IMG/VR virus record: IMGVR_UViG_3300008267_013251
Location: 1 to 64,000 of that record
Strand: one strand, 5' to 3'
DNA: 64,000 nucleotides
Origin: a virus
Shown here one piece after another: positions 19,441 through 29,854 of this stretch. The notes beneath the pieces are model-generated. The model was not told the DNA's origin. It saw only the letters and a program-made list of their open reading frames with translations, and did not search any database. The position numbers and the translations under genes are program-made. The first letter of the stretch is position 1; each line of letters begins with the position of its first letter.

Positions 19441-21002
19441 TTTTTTTGGAAATGAATCTCCAAGTACCTGATACCTTGAAGATACAGATATTTGGAAAAA
19501 TTTTCAAGATGTAACGGGGCCATGTTTAATAAAATTAAATAAGACAATAATTCTACTTTATCAAGCGAGAAATTGTTTTTTACCAGCCAGTTTCTGAAAT
19601 GGTGAATAAATATTTGTTCATCAGCAGTCGAAAACCAATTGACATCATATTCTTTGCTTTGTTTTTTATAAAAATATCTTTTATCGTAACAACATTTATA
19701 AAAGTTAATCAAACATCCAGCATAAAGTTTTGCAAAATCATAATACAAATCTCCATAAGGTAATCCAGCAAAATCTGATCTCCAGTCAATTAGTTTGAAA
19801 TCTCCGTTAGTCTGAAGAATTATATTTCCAAAATTTAAATCACCATGAAAAATATAGGCCTTTGATTCTTCACAGATAAAATTCCAATCAATCTTATTGA
19901 AATAATCGAATGCGTTTCCACATGTGGTGCTCGCAATAATCAATTCAGAATTGAACTCTGGAAATCTTTTGTAAAATGCAGCTATTCTTTCATAAGTTTT
20001 CTGTTTATAAAATTTTTCACAAGCTTCTTTGAATCCTTTGTTACATTCAATTGTTTTACAGAATAAATTATCATCAGCCCATTTTAAAAACTTATGATAA
20101 ACTTCTGCATCTCCAATTTGGTATAAGTTTTTCCCACAGATAAAGTTATGAACTAATAAGTTGTGAAGATTGTCATGAATGGGCTCAGGTGTAAAGTCAT
20201 GTAAAATTCTTTGTCTTAATTTTTTTTGAGTAATAATTTTTGGCATGGAAAGTTTTGCTACTTTGCCATCGTAAATGTATGTCAATTCATCGTGATCAAC
20301 TTTTTTTAAATCATAATCATCAACACCATCTAAAGATTCGTAAACACTCATGTACAAGGTTCTTCTTCCAACATCTTTCCAAGCTATTTTCTTGTTCTTA
20401 ATTGGTGCAAAGAAAGGTCTGTAAAATGCCCCAACAAATTCAATTTCTTTATCCGGTTTTTCATTTAAATATTGTTCGTACCTTTTCCAAAATAAATCAT
20501 AATCCTTTACTGCGATTACACCTGTGAAAGCCAAAGGCAAACTGTTTTCATTTTTGTTTTGAAAATCAACCACGATGTCATTTTCATCTACTTTCAAGGT
20601 TGAATAGTGTCTCATGTCATCTACATCTCCTGATCCAATCCAGTTGCAATCTATTGCTGGTAGTTTTTGCGTCAGTAAAGAATCGACTGTCACCAGATAG
20701 AAAGGACAATTTAACTCTGCCTTGCAACAAAACATGCTGTATCCGGGGCCTGCACCGGGGCCGTCATAATTGTCTACCTCAATAAATGTAATATTGTTTT
20801 TTTGATGAAATATTGAACAATAATCCTTAATTTGTTGCCCTCTATATCCAATAGCAATTATTATATGATCAACAGGAGCATTTTCTATTATATGTGAGAT
20901 TACAGCCTTCCCCTGTATAGGCAACAAAGCCTTGTTAAACGAATCTCCTAATAAGCCCATTCTTGAACCGAATCCAGCTGCAAGTATTACTAGTTTTGTC
21001 AT
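19437..21002 (-). CDS. NTP transferase fused to APH/choline-kinase-like phosphotransferase
   Basis: ILAAGFGSRM...KALL, 'WKDVG'; C-terminal HGDLNFGNI and LIDWR. Confidence 0.85.
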   Translation of the reverse strand: MTKLVILAAGFGSRMGLLGDSFNKALLPIQGKAVISHIIENAPVDHIIIAIGYRGQQIKDYCSIFHQKNNITFIEVDNYDGPGAGPGYSMFCCKAELNCPFYLVTVDSLLTQKLPAIDCNWIGSGDVDDMRHYSTLKVDENDIVVDFQNKNENSLPLAFTGVIAVKDYDLFWKRYEQYLNEKPDKEIEFVGAFYRPFFAPIKNKKIAWKDVGRRTLYMSVYESLDGVDDYDLKKVDHDELTYIYDGKVAKLSMPKIITQKKLRQRILHDFTPEPIHDNLHNLLVHNFICGKNLYQIGDAEVYHKFLKWADDNLFCKTIECNKGFKEACEKFYKQKTYERIAAFYKRFPEFNSELIIASTTCGNAFDYFNKIDWNFICEESKAYIFHGDLNFGNIILQTNGDFKLIDWRSDFAGLPYGDLYYDFAKLYAGCLINFYKCCYDKRYFYKKQSKEYDVNWFSTADEQIFIHHFRNWLVKNNFSLDKVELLSYLILLNMAPLHLENFSKYLYLQGIRYLEIHFQKK

Positions 21003-21014
21003 GAACTATATATT

Positions 21015-22091
21015 TTAATCAAGATGTTTTAAAATCCACTCTTCAGGTGGGTGATAGGTAGTATCGAAACGGGTAAAATGACAATCCACTCTCTCTTTAA
21101 GGCTTTGTATATAACGATTTTTGTAACATGATTTGAATTTATAATCATTTTCAAGATTTGAGTTTATTTTTGAAATTCTGTTTTTCCAGAATAACGGCAA
21201 GCGATCAAGAATAGTCCACATGTCATGGCCTGACTCTAAATTTGTTGTCTTGAATGAAATTGCTCTTGGATTTATGTTGGTCACATTTCTGTCAATCTCT
21301 TCAAAACCATAGTTGACTATCATTTGAGATTCAAAAAAACCTCTTGGTATTTCTAGTGGGGGGAAAAAATCGTATAAACCACCGACATGACTATATCCAT
21401 CAAAATGCCTGCACATCTCTCTGGTTGGCACGAATGTTTTGATGGGAAATTTACCCTCATCGGAAAAGTTAAATGCATCTGTTCTATAAAAATCTACACA
21501 TGCCGTATCGGCTTTTGTGCCAAACCAATAATAATTAAATAGTTTTTTAGTCACAATCCGAATTGAATCGTGATTCTCCCAATTAAAAAAAACAAAATTT
21601 TTGTTTTGATGAATTTTACCATGATAGTGAAATGCCATGCGAATTGCTTCTGGCCAATGCGAAAAATATACAGCAGCAAAATTATTACTTTCTTCTTCAA
21701 GCAACTTAGTTGCTGTTTCGACTAACTCTAAGTTGTAATCAAAAAATATATGATCATCGTTACCTGCAAACCATATTATTTCATCATCTAAATTATTCCA
21801 TAGGGCACTATGATTTTTCCAGTCTGTAATTGTGTTATTTCGGTGCCACATTAGGTCCGTCTTCGATACATCGATATTCTGCTGAATGAATTGTTTGATT
21901 TCATCTTTTTTATTTTCTAAATCATTATCTAATTGAATGAAAAATATGTATCTTGATACATGCTTGTTTAAAATTGCATGACTAGCTATAGAATACTTGA
22001 ATATATCTGCTCTACAAAAATCAGATAAGTTAGGCCTTTGATGAACGAAAAATCTAAGGTTGCTAACTTTAACATTAAATATCACGATCAT
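21015..22091 (-). CDS. hypothetical protein, putative glycosyltransferase-like
   Basis: 'WFAGNDDHIF', 'CRHFDGYSHV'; sugar-gene context. Confidence 0.5.
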   Translation of the reverse strand: MIVIFNVKVSNLRFFVHQRPNLSDFCRADIFKYSIASHAILNKHVSRYIFFIQLDNDLENKKDEIKQFIQQNIDVSKTDLMWHRNNTITDWKNHSALWNNLDDEIIWFAGNDDHIFFDYNLELVETATKLLEEESNNFAAVYFSHWPEAIRMAFHYHGKIHQNKNFVFFNWENHDSIRIVTKKLFNYYWFGTKADTACVDFYRTDAFNFSDEGKFPIKTFVPTREMCRHFDGYSHVGGLYDFFPPLEIPRGFFESQMIVNYGFEEIDRNVTNINPRAISFKTTNLESGHDMWTILDRLPLFWKNRISKINSNLENDYKFKSCYKNRYIQSLKERVDCHFTRFDTTYHPPEEWILKHLD

Positions 22092-22312
22092 ACATCACTT
22101 CTCATTCCTGATTGTAATAAATTTATTATTAGCAAAAAAACCAATGAAATCAAAAATACACCCATATAATGTGGAACTTGTAGATGATATTGATCATAGT
22201 ATATCAAAATTTTACCTATATTTAAAGCAGACAAAATAAAGAAGAAACAAAACGCTCTTTTCATCATTTCTAAACAAAACATTAAGATGTTGAAAGTTTT
22301 TTCTGTTTTCAT
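22088..22312 (-). CDS. small membrane protein
   Basis: Two hydrophobic segments; GAGG RBS. Confidence 0.55.
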   Translation of the reverse strand: MKTEKTFNILMFCLEMMKRAFCFFFILSALNIGKILIYYDQYHLQVPHYMGVFLISLVFLLIINLLQSGMRSDV

Positions 22313-22338
22313 ATACGCCTCATTTTCATAGGATTATA

Positions 22339-23133
22339 ATGGAAAGAGTAAATTTATACAAGCCCATGAAAAAATCCTGTTGTTTATTGACATATGTCCA
22401 TGACGAGCATTTTTTCTTTCCAATATTTTTAAAATATTACACTAAAATATTTAATCCCGAAGATATTTTCGTTGTCGAAAATAATTGCGAAAATAGCTTC
22501 ATATACAACTACAGAAAAAAATTTCTTTTCAATAATTTTGTTTTCAATACAAAATTTAACCACGACTTCACAGCAATTAATCAAGAGCTTACGAGGCTGA
22601 TGAGAATTTTACTCGATCAATATTACTCTGTGTATCTGGCCGAATGTGATGAAATTTTATATCACCCAAACGGCTTAATTCAGGCAGCAAAAAAATACTT
22701 TAAGTGGCCACAAAAAGTAATTCGTTGTTTGGGTTATGAACCAATACATGATATTCAAAATAATGAGAGCGCATTGAATCCTGACTTGCCATTATTAAAA
22801 CAAAGAAAACTGTGGTGGGATAACAATTACTTCAGGAAACCAGTTTTTATAAAAGAGCCAATAGATTATTGGAATAGTATGCATAATTTTGATGAAACAT
22901 ATCCTACGATTGACACTCAACTTATGTTGATTCATCTCAAAATGATCGATTACGATGTTCTTTATGCACGAAATCAAAAAACATTACTTGAAGGCAATTT
23001 CCATCCAGAAACACTTACATTAAAAAAAGGATGGCAAAATAGAATAGAAAAAAAAGAACAATTTGTTTCATTTTTTACTGAAAATATTTGCAAGTGTGTA
23101 CAAATACCAGAAAAATATAAAATTATTTGCTGA
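22339..23133 (+). CDS. glycosyltransferase family 2-like (Glyco_tranf_2_4 type)
   Basis: 'TYVHDE..FPIFLKYY', 'AECDEIL', 'KP', 'LIHLK..D'. Confidence 0.7.
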   Translation: MERVNLYKPMKKSCCLLTYVHDEHFFFPIFLKYYTKIFNPEDIFVVENNCENSFIYNYRKKFLFNNFVFNTKFNHDFTAINQELTRLMRILLDQYYSVYLAECDEILYHPNGLIQAAKKYFKWPQKVIRCLGYEPIHDIQNNESALNPDLPLLKQRKLWWDNNYFRKPVFIKEPIDYWNSMHNFDETYPTIDTQLMLIHLKMIDYDVLYARNQKTLLEGNFHPETLTLKKGWQNRIEKKEQFVSFFTENICKCVQIPEKYKIIC

Positions 23134-24496
23134 TCGAAAAACTACTCTTATTTTCCTGCATAAGCTTTTTCATCTTACGCATCTGCGATAATTTTTCAGC
23201 AATTGTTTTTGCTGCTATAGCGTGGTGAAACAAATAAGTGCTTTTATATTCTTCGTTAAATCGACCCGCAAAAGCACAATATTTTTCATGGAGTAACACA
23301 AATTTTGTTTTATGCTGAAGGTTTTTGATAACAGATTGATCCGCAAACTCTAATTGCTCTTGGGGTGTGTTTTTAAGATTTTCTAATACTAAATTCAAAA
23401 AATAGATAGCTTTTTGTATTCTGCTTTTTTTTATTATATAAAACCCAGCACACAACTCATAATTTTCATACACAATTTCTGGTTGGAAATAAAAATCATA
23501 ATTAGTGGAGTCCACATATTCAAAAAGCTCTTCCCAAACAGATAGCCTTTCAGGAAAAAATTGAACATCACAATCATGACAAATAAAATAATCGTATCTC
23601 TCGTTTGTAGAGTTTTTCTTTAATATTTCGATTATTAATTCAATTTTGTTTTTTATGGAATGATGCCATATATCACTCCCAAATCTAATTTCACCTTTCA
23701 TGTAGTCTGGCAAAGGTATATTTTTATGAGTTATATTTTCATTACTTACACCAAGTTTTATCAAATCATCGATGCATCCTTTACTTAAAATTTTATAGTT
23801 CTCAGATGCCAAAGAAATCCAATTCACACAGTCTAAGGAAAATGGTTTTTTATTTGGTATTTTATAAATTTTTAAATCTTTTCTATTAGAAAAATATAAC
23901 ATACTAATCCGCTCATAAACATACGCAGCAGTCCTTGACGGATCATCAACTTTCATTTGATAACTGTATTCATACTTCTGATGCATGTAAGAAAAAACTT
24001 TTTGGAAAAATTCCAAAAATTTGAAGAAGATACTTTTGTGACAAATAAAATTATTTGCCCATAAAGTGGGATTTTCCTCTAAAGATAAATGGAATTGTTT
24101 TGCCATATCCTCAATATATTTTTGTATAGTGAGATGATACTTGTAAGTATATTTTAACCACTTCCCCTCATAGAATGTTTCTGTTGGGCTGGCTGCATAA
24201 ACAGTATCATGCTTTAATTTCTCTCTTATTTGATCAAAATTTTCAAGACTTAGTAAATTTGGATACTTCGTATCAAAATTTGATGTCAAAACGCCTATGT
24301 AATCTTTGCAATTATTAAACTGTTCTTTTTTAAGTAAAAAGAATCTATTTTCTGCTAGATCATTTGTATTTTTTATCGGTAGTTCTAATTGATTTAAATT
24401 TATTTTATGTAAAAATGGTTTACTAGGAATTTTGTCTATCTGACATTTCTCATGGCCCAACACAAAAATGTCTATTTCTGGTAACAATCTTAACAT
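23123..24496 (-). CDS. two-domain sugar transferase (DUF4422-like + nucleotide-diphospho-sugar transferase)
   Basis: N-half 'NNFICHK...ERI'; C-half 'DCDVQF', 'CAGFY', 'ADQS', 'FHHA'. Confidence 0.6.
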   Translation of the reverse strand: MLRLLPEIDIFVLGHEKCQIDKIPSKPFLHKINLNQLELPIKNTNDLAENRFFLLKKEQFNNCKDYIGVLTSNFDTKYPNLLSLENFDQIREKLKHDTVYAASPTETFYEGKWLKYTYKYHLTIQKYIEDMAKQFHLSLEENPTLWANNFICHKSIFFKFLEFFQKVFSYMHQKYEYSYQMKVDDPSRTAAYVYERISMLYFSNRKDLKIYKIPNKKPFSLDCVNWISLASENYKILSKGCIDDLIKLGVSNENITHKNIPLPDYMKGEIRFGSDIWHHSIKNKIELIIEILKKNSTNERYDYFICHDCDVQFFPERLSVWEELFEYVDSTNYDFYFQPEIVYENYELCAGFYIIKKSRIQKAIYFLNLVLENLKNTPQEQLEFADQSVIKNLQHKTKFVLLHEKYCAFAGRFNEEYKSTYLFHHAIAAKTIAEKLSQMRKMKKLMQENKSSFSISK

Positions 24497-24497
24497 A

Positions 24498-24605
24498 TCA
24501 ACGATTGTCTTTAATCAAATGGATTATAAAAATAGTTATCCAACATAAACAAAACCCTAACATAGCAACAGAGGGTTGAGACAAAAAATTTTTTATTACT
24601 TCCAT
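24498..24605 (-). CDS. small single-TM peptide
   Basis: MEVIKNFLSQPSVAMLGFCLCWITIFIIHLIKDNR; fills an intergenic gap. Confidence 0.4.
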   Translation of the reverse strand: MEVIKNFLSQPSVAMLGFCLCWITIFIIHLIKDNR

Positions 24606-24614
24606 AAATCCCCA

Positions 24615-24719
24615 TCAGAAAGCCACCACTACTGTAGCTATTGTCAATCCTAAAATTATGCCGAAAATTATTGATAAAATCAAACATTTTGCCTCAAAAC
24701 TGAGATTAATGTTGATCAT
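24615..24719 (-). CDS. small single-TM peptide
   Basis: MININLSFEAKCLILSIIFGIILGLTIATVVVAF; ATGA-coupled to the RNA ligase stop. Confidence 0.45.
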   Translation of the reverse strand: MININLSFEAKCLILSIIFGIILGLTIATVVVAF

Positions 24720-25801
24720 GTTTCAGAATTTAACAGTTTATTGGGGTACAAAGATTTATATTTTTCATATAATTTTTTACTCACGAAACTTTTTGTATCT
24801 TTATTTTGATACAACATCATCATAGCCGGAAAATTTGGGCTTGCTTGACATGCTGATGCAACTTGTTTTTTACAGGATGCAGTATCGTTCATTTCCAGAT
24901 TTCTTGTCAAATAACTATACTCTTCAATTAATGCAGCATGAAACTCTACTACATCATTTTTTACAACAGAATCAATATCCATCAAAACCTGCTTATGCAT
25001 ATCAGGAGCATTTGAAATTACATCATCCAGACAACCCTGTAATGCTAAGTCCATAACCTTGTACTTAGGGCTCATCATTATGTCAACAGCACGATGCCTA
25101 GTTAAATACCATGGTGTTTTTACCTTCAGTATAGTCCCACAGCTTAAATGACAAACATAACCTTCCATTTCAGTTCCGTTTATGTGATTCAGAATATCCG
25201 AAAATTCTATGTCATACCGCACAGCTTTGTCTGCATACTTCTCCTCAAAAAAATAATCTCCGGTTGATCTATTCCTAGAATTGAGGTAAACAAGTCTCGG
25301 ATTTTTATAATGGCACACTATTTGATTATGCGGGGCTACCCATTCAAAAATTGGAGTAAACCCATAATCTATGCTTTGCACAATCTTATTCAATAGATAA
25401 GCATTGTTGAATGCAAATTCTTTTGCTTGTTTTGCCTGAATAGAGTTTGTTGACCGACATGTTGAGCATGTGACGCTACCGTCAGGCATCCTGAAAAAAT
25501 GAATCATGCTCCCATCAAGTTTTTCAAAAACATACGCTTTTTTGTGTTTGTGCAAATGGAATTGAGTTTCTACTGTCTGATTGAGATTAAAAAACTTGTG
25601 AAACGGAAGACTGATTATTTCTCCTGTCTTCTTGTTGAAAACAACTCCTCGAAAGTTTCTTCGAATACGACCAAACTCATCATCGGAGAATGTATCATCT
25701 GATATTACAATATAATCAATAGTTATAGTGTTATAAGTTTCAACGATGGCAAATTCTTTTCTGCCTTCTAATGCTTGCCATGCTTTTTCAAGAGTAAAAA
25801 T
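24716..25801 (-). CDS. T4 Rnl1-type RNA ligase, apparent ATT start
   Basis: EKLDGS motif I, FEW, EGYV, KVKTxWY. The frame stays open 82 codons upstream of the track's TTG and encodes 'RRNFRGVVF...SLPFHKFFNLNQ'. The only plausible start is ATT at 25801, 8 nt after GGAG. Confidence 0.85.
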   Translation of the reverse strand: MFTLEKAWQALEGRKEFAIVETYNTITIDYIVISDDTFSDDEFGRIRRNFRGVVFNKKTGEIISLPFHKFFNLNQTVETQFHLHKHKKAYVFEKLDGSMIHFFRMPDGSVTCSTCRSTNSIQAKQAKEFAFNNAYLLNKIVQSIDYGFTPIFEWVAPHNQIVCHYKNPRLVYLNSRNRSTGDYFFEEKYADKAVRYDIEFSDILNHINGTEMEGYVCHLSCGTILKVKTPWYLTRHRAVDIMMSPKYKVMDLALQGCLDDVISNAPDMHKQVLMDIDSVVKNDVVEFHAALIEEYSYLTRNLEMNDTASCKKQVASACQASPNFPAMMMLYQNKDTKSFVSKKLYEKYKSLYPNKLLNSET

Positions 25802-25829
25802 GACTTGATCTCCAAAAGCCTAAGTCAAA

Positions 25830-26057
25830 TCATTTTTCTGAATCAGAAACTACTAGCTTATTTGCCAAAACACTCTTGCTTACTTGAAAAACTTTTGATT
25901 GCAGATCAGCCAAAGTATCGGCTTCTAACTTAACAGGTTCTTGACAATAAGTCAACGGTTCATCAAATGCCGAAGTTATTGCATGCACGGCATAAAAGTC
26001 TCCAGTATTATTTTTATGTTTAACTACAACATAATTATTAATTTTTATGTATGGCAT
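25830..26057 (-). CDS. hypothetical protein
   Basis: GAGGAG RBS; 75 aa. Confidence 0.6.
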   Translation of the reverse strand: MPYIKINNYVVVKHKNNTGDFYAVHAITSAFDEPLTYCQEPVKLEADTLADLQSKVFQVSKSVLANKLVVSDSEK

Positions 26058-27006
26058 TTTCCTCCTCTTGATGAGTTGAAAATATTAATATAGTATCTCT
26101 GAACCAGTCACAATGATCTTCGATAAGAAGCCTTGCTTTTGTAGTAAGCTCTTTACAAAAAATAAACCCTTGAGAGGAGAACATTTCAAGAACTTCGTCA
26201 TTGTTTCTGCAATTTACATGGCAAGTTCCACCTTGGCCCCTTACTGCCCAACTAAATATAAGATATCCATGACATGCATTAGTTATATTTGAAATAAGAA
26301 TGTTTTCATATTCCCTTGGAATATGCTCCGCTACTTCAAGACAGATTACATGACCTTTTTCTGGCACACTAAACAATTCAGCTAGGTCTTGCTTGTGGAT
26401 GTTGCTGAATTTAGGACTGGTTGATGGGCTCCCCTCAAAGCCTGTGAGTTTATCAAATCCAGACTCTTGTAAAGTTGATAAATAAAATCCATCACCGCAA
26501 CCAAAGTCATATATATTTCTGTCTTTAGTCAACAATGAAGAAATGAATCTAGCAAGGTTGGGACTATGAATATGGTTTTCATGAGTTGACCAAAAGCCAT
26601 GATTCGACCCTAAGTGCTCTATTTCATCCTTGATCCGTTTTAAGTTTGCCTTGGCAATCAATTGGTTTTCTACATCGAAGCACATATCTAAATACTTTTG
26701 TGCTTTTTCAATTTGTAACAAATTAGCGTAGCAAATGCTAAGTTGTCTGTATGCTTGATCCTTAGAGTGCAAGTACTCAACACAACTTTCAAAAACATCA
26801 ATAGCTTTTTGAAACTCTGCTATCTCTTGATAACACGAACCCAAAATAAATCCTTGATGTGGGTCTATCAGAATTTCTGATAACTCGTCTAATAATTTGA
26901 TTGCAAATTTTGTTTTGCCTTTTTTGCAAAACAACTGACACAATTCTAGGATTGGATTCACTTTAAATTTTCCTTGACCAGTTGTGAGAACATAACATGC
27001 CATCAA
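26038..27006 (-). CDS. TPR + class I SAM methyltransferase
   Basis: TPR-like helices, then DFGCGDG, 'CLEVAEHIP', 'SWA..GQGG..HVNC'. Confidence 0.85.
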   Translation of the reverse strand: MMACYVLTTGQGKFKVNPILELCQLFCKKGKTKFAIKLLDELSEILIDPHQGFILGSCYQEIAEFQKAIDVFESCVEYLHSKDQAYRQLSICYANLLQIEKAQKYLDMCFDVENQLIAKANLKRIKDEIEHLGSNHGFWSTHENHIHSPNLARFISSLLTKDRNIYDFGCGDGFYLSTLQESGFDKLTGFEGSPSTSPKFSNIHKQDLAELFSVPEKGHVICLEVAEHIPREYENILISNITNACHGYLIFSWAVRGQGGTCHVNCRNNDEVLEMFSSQGFIFCKELTTKARLLIEDHCDWFRDTILIFSTHQEEENAIHKN

Positions 27007-27187
27007 ACAAAAAACTAAAAGCGCCTCTTTTAAAAAGATTTCCAGATAGGTTCCACAGAAATGAATTGACTACATTTGTGACAAAAAAACTGGAAGGAGA
27101 AATAGTGCTGTACAATTTTGATCCATTTGAATTATTGGCCCAACATCGCACCACACTTATGGAATTCGTTCGATGACATAGTTTCAT
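26963..27187 (-). CDS. Ser/aromatic/Cys-rich microprotein (dispersed member)
   Basis: MKLCHRTNSISVVRCWANNS...HNWSRKI; starts 3 nt after the upstream stop. Confidence 0.55.
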   Translation of the reverse strand: MKLCHRTNSISVVRCWANNSNGSKLYSTISPSSFFVTNVVNSFLWNLSGNLFKRGAFSFLFDGMLCSHNWSRKI

Positions 27188-27190
27188 GAA

Positions 27191-27424
27191 TTAATTTCCA
27201 GTCCTTTTTTTCTTCAGTTCAAAAATTTCATTTCTTAACATTTGGTTTTCATTCATGATCATTTGATTTTCGTCATTCATTTTGTTTATTAAATCGTCTA
27301 AGTATTCTGTCTTTTTCACTTCTGCAAAGTAAAAAGAAATTATGACAGTCAAAAACAAACCACAAATCACCAACATGATCATACTAAATGTTTTATCTTC
27401 GTCAATAACAGTTTTCTTAGCCAT
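27191..27424 (-). CDS. single-TM coiled-coil protein
   Basis: Hydrophobic helix followed by heptad NENQM repeats. Confidence 0.6.
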   Translation of the reverse strand: MAKKTVIDEDKTFSMIMLVICGLFLTVIISFYFAEVKKTEYLDDLINKMNDENQMIMNENQMLRNEIFELKKKRTGN

Positions 27425-27491
27425 TTTTCAATCCTTTTATTAAACCGCAAAATTATTGCAAACTGAATAATTATAACACATAAAAAAATAA

Positions 27492-27519
27492 AGACCTTGT
27501 CAAAGTTTTGACAAGGTCT
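27492..27519 (-). terminator. intrinsic terminator
   Basis: AGACCTTGTCAAA/TTTGACAAGGTCT hairpin followed by a T-rich tract on the minus strand. Confidence 0.65.
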
Positions 27520-27541
27520 CATGTAATTATAAAATTTTGAA

Positions 27542-28231
27542 TTACTGAGTTAAAGCAATCCATCCTCTTGCTGATTTTACTTGGAAGCTTTTCACGCTAT
27601 GCACATTGTTAACTGAACCACACCATCCAGAAATTCCGATGTAGTTGCCACCGGGAGTCCAACTGCCTACATCGATTCGTGATACATATCTTTTATTCAA
27701 CAAAACATGTAGAATCCTTGAATCGGCATCTTTGTACTCATAAACGATTTCCCAAAAATTATAGGTGTTATCATCAAGAGTTTTGAGAGTGGAAACAGAT
27801 GGGCCTACAGTTGCAAGGTCTTTCTGAACTAAAACCACATCAGAATTGAACTCATCAACATATATTGATAAAGAATCATGGCCTTCTCCATCCTGTGAAA
27901 CAACATCTGATCCACCTAGGAAGAAAGTAATTCCATCACCACCATCACCACCACCAGAGCGAGTTGTTGCGGAAATGATTATATTTTTAGTGTAATCGAA
28001 ATCTTTTTGCCAATAAAGATATCCGGTTGTTCCATCGGTGGCTGGTGTCAACCAAACCCCTTCGTTAGTACTATTAAAGCTGGCATCACCTGAAATAGTT
28101 GCATCAGCTACTGAGGATGGGTCTCCGTCTGTGGAAACCCAGTTGATGTCTGTGTCTCCGATACTTTGATATTGCAAATAATTCGGATGTATTAAATTGC
28201 CCTGAGCAACTAAATCGTTTTCTGCGTCCAT
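27542..28231 (-). CDS. L-type lectin/ConA-like domain protein
   Basis: 'LTPA..G..G', 'GGDGGDGITF', 'YIGISG..G...HSV'; TATAAATA upstream at 28276-28283. Confidence 0.7.
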   Translation of the reverse strand: MDAENDLVAQGNLIHPNYLQYQSIGDTDINWVSTDGDPSSVADATISGDASFNSTNEGVWLTPATDGTTGYLYWQKDFDYTKNIIISATTRSGGGDGGDGITFFLGGSDVVSQDGEGHDSLSIYVDEFNSDVVLVQKDLATVGPSVSTLKTLDDNTYNFWEIVYEYKDADSRILHVLLNKRYVSRIDVGSWTPGGNYIGISGWCGSVNNVHSVKSFQVKSARGWIALTQ

Positions 28232-28354
28232 ATTGTCTCCTTGTAAGGTATATGTTATTTATTATTATATAAACATATTTATAATTTAGCCTCTTAATAA
28301 AAACAACAAATTAACAATAAATAAAAAAGTATAGATTTATAAAAAGGGAAAATT

Positions 28355-29854
28355 ATGTATACCAGCAACCTAGAAACAAAACCAAGTTGGCTTGATTATT
28401 ACCCAAATACTGAAAAAACAACCGTTGATGTAAACTTCGGTTTCGATTCTTCAGGAATGTGGTTTTCAGGTACTTCAGATGATGTTTCTTACCCTATTAG
28501 AACAACTTTTGATATCCCAAGTGATAATAAAACTGAGATTATAGCTACTTTTGTACAAGTAAATAATTGCGCCGATCATTCAATTTGTATTTTCAATCCA
28601 AATATTGAGCCAGAATGGTCTTGGGGCACAAGTACAACCAGAATTGCTTTTCAGGTAGACTGCGGGAGCCCGATGATATCTGGAATAACTCAGGATGGTG
28701 AAGGTGCTGGCTCAGATTTGAGTATTGGAAATACATACACTTGTAAGATTGTTTACGATCCATCAGCGGGTACATTTTCTTACGAAGTATATGATGGAGC
28801 AAGTGCAACAGGCGTTGCAATCAATTCATTAGTTTTGAATGAAGTTCTTCCGGCTGGTCCATATAGAATTGGATTCGATGCTGACCAAGATGAAGATCCA
28901 ACTAGAAGCTATTTTACATATTTGAGTATAAGCGGGCAAAAATCAAATCAATATCCATATCCAGAAGTTATATTCAGAGTGAAAACCTACGATCCATTAC
29001 AATTTGTAGGGCAAAATTTTCCAGACTCAAATGTGAACAACATTATTCGAAATCTAGAAAACCAGACTGTTTGGATTGAAAATTGGCCTTATGAATTAAA
29101 ACATGGTGATGAATTCACATTGTATGGAGAACAAGCTCTTCAAACATTAAATGCTTACAGTCAAATCAATCCGGGTGGAACACAGCTTGAAATGTTATAT
29201 TACGGCATTCGAGGCGGTTACTCTCCAGTAGGTCTTGGTGGTAGCTTGCATTTCAATAATAGTTATTTGACAGTTCCTGCAAGTAGTGACTGGGCTGTAG
29301 GTACTGGAGATTTCACAGTCGAATGGTTCCAATATCAATTCCCGACTGGTGGAAATGAAAGAGTATTTTCGGTGAATGCTTGGCCATCAGCAAGTATCGC
29401 TTGTAGCATGGAGTCAAGTGAAAATACATTTTATTTTTGGACAAATGGAAATTTGATAGATTGCGGTAATATTTCAGGCATTTATACCTCTTGGACTCAC
29501 ATAGCTGTTTGTAGAGCTTCAGGAACTCTTACTGCTTATGTGAACGGTACCCAAGTTTACAGCGGGGCTAACAGCGATGATATAACAGACAGCAGTAATT
29601 TGTTGTACATAGGTACGGAATCAACCCGTGGTGGTTCTGATTTCCTAGGGTACATAACAAATTTCCAATTCGTCAAGGGAACCGCATTGTACAATGCACC
29701 CTTCACTCCTCCAAGTGCTCCTATAACACCAGATGCAAATGCCAAATTGCTGTTACTTGCTTCAAGTGATTCTGAAAAATTAAAAGACAGCAGCAGTCAA
29801 AATAAAACTGTCACAAATAATGGCGTAGACTGGAATGAAACAACACCATTCTAA
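28355..29854 (+). CDS. LamG/ConA-like domain virion protein
   Basis: 'GTGDFTVEWF', 'WTHIAVCRASG..TAYVNG', 'GYITNFQFVKGTALY..FTPP'. Confidence 0.8.
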   Translation: MYTSNLETKPSWLDYYPNTEKTTVDVNFGFDSSGMWFSGTSDDVSYPIRTTFDIPSDNKTEIIATFVQVNNCADHSICIFNPNIEPEWSWGTSTTRIAFQVDCGSPMISGITQDGEGAGSDLSIGNTYTCKIVYDPSAGTFSYEVYDGASATGVAINSLVLNEVLPAGPYRIGFDADQDEDPTRSYFTYLSISGQKSNQYPYPEVIFRVKTYDPLQFVGQNFPDSNVNNIIRNLENQTVWIENWPYELKHGDEFTLYGEQALQTLNAYSQINPGGTQLEMLYYGIRGGYSPVGLGGSLHFNNSYLTVPASSDWAVGTGDFTVEWFQYQFPTGGNERVFSVNAWPSASIACSMESSENTFYFWTNGNLIDCGNISGIYTSWTHIAVCRASGTLTAYVNGTQVYSGANSDDITDSSNLLYIGTESTRGGSDFLGYITNFQFVKGTALYNAPFTPPSAPITPDANAKLLLLASSDSEKLKDSSSQNKTVTNNGVDWNETTPF

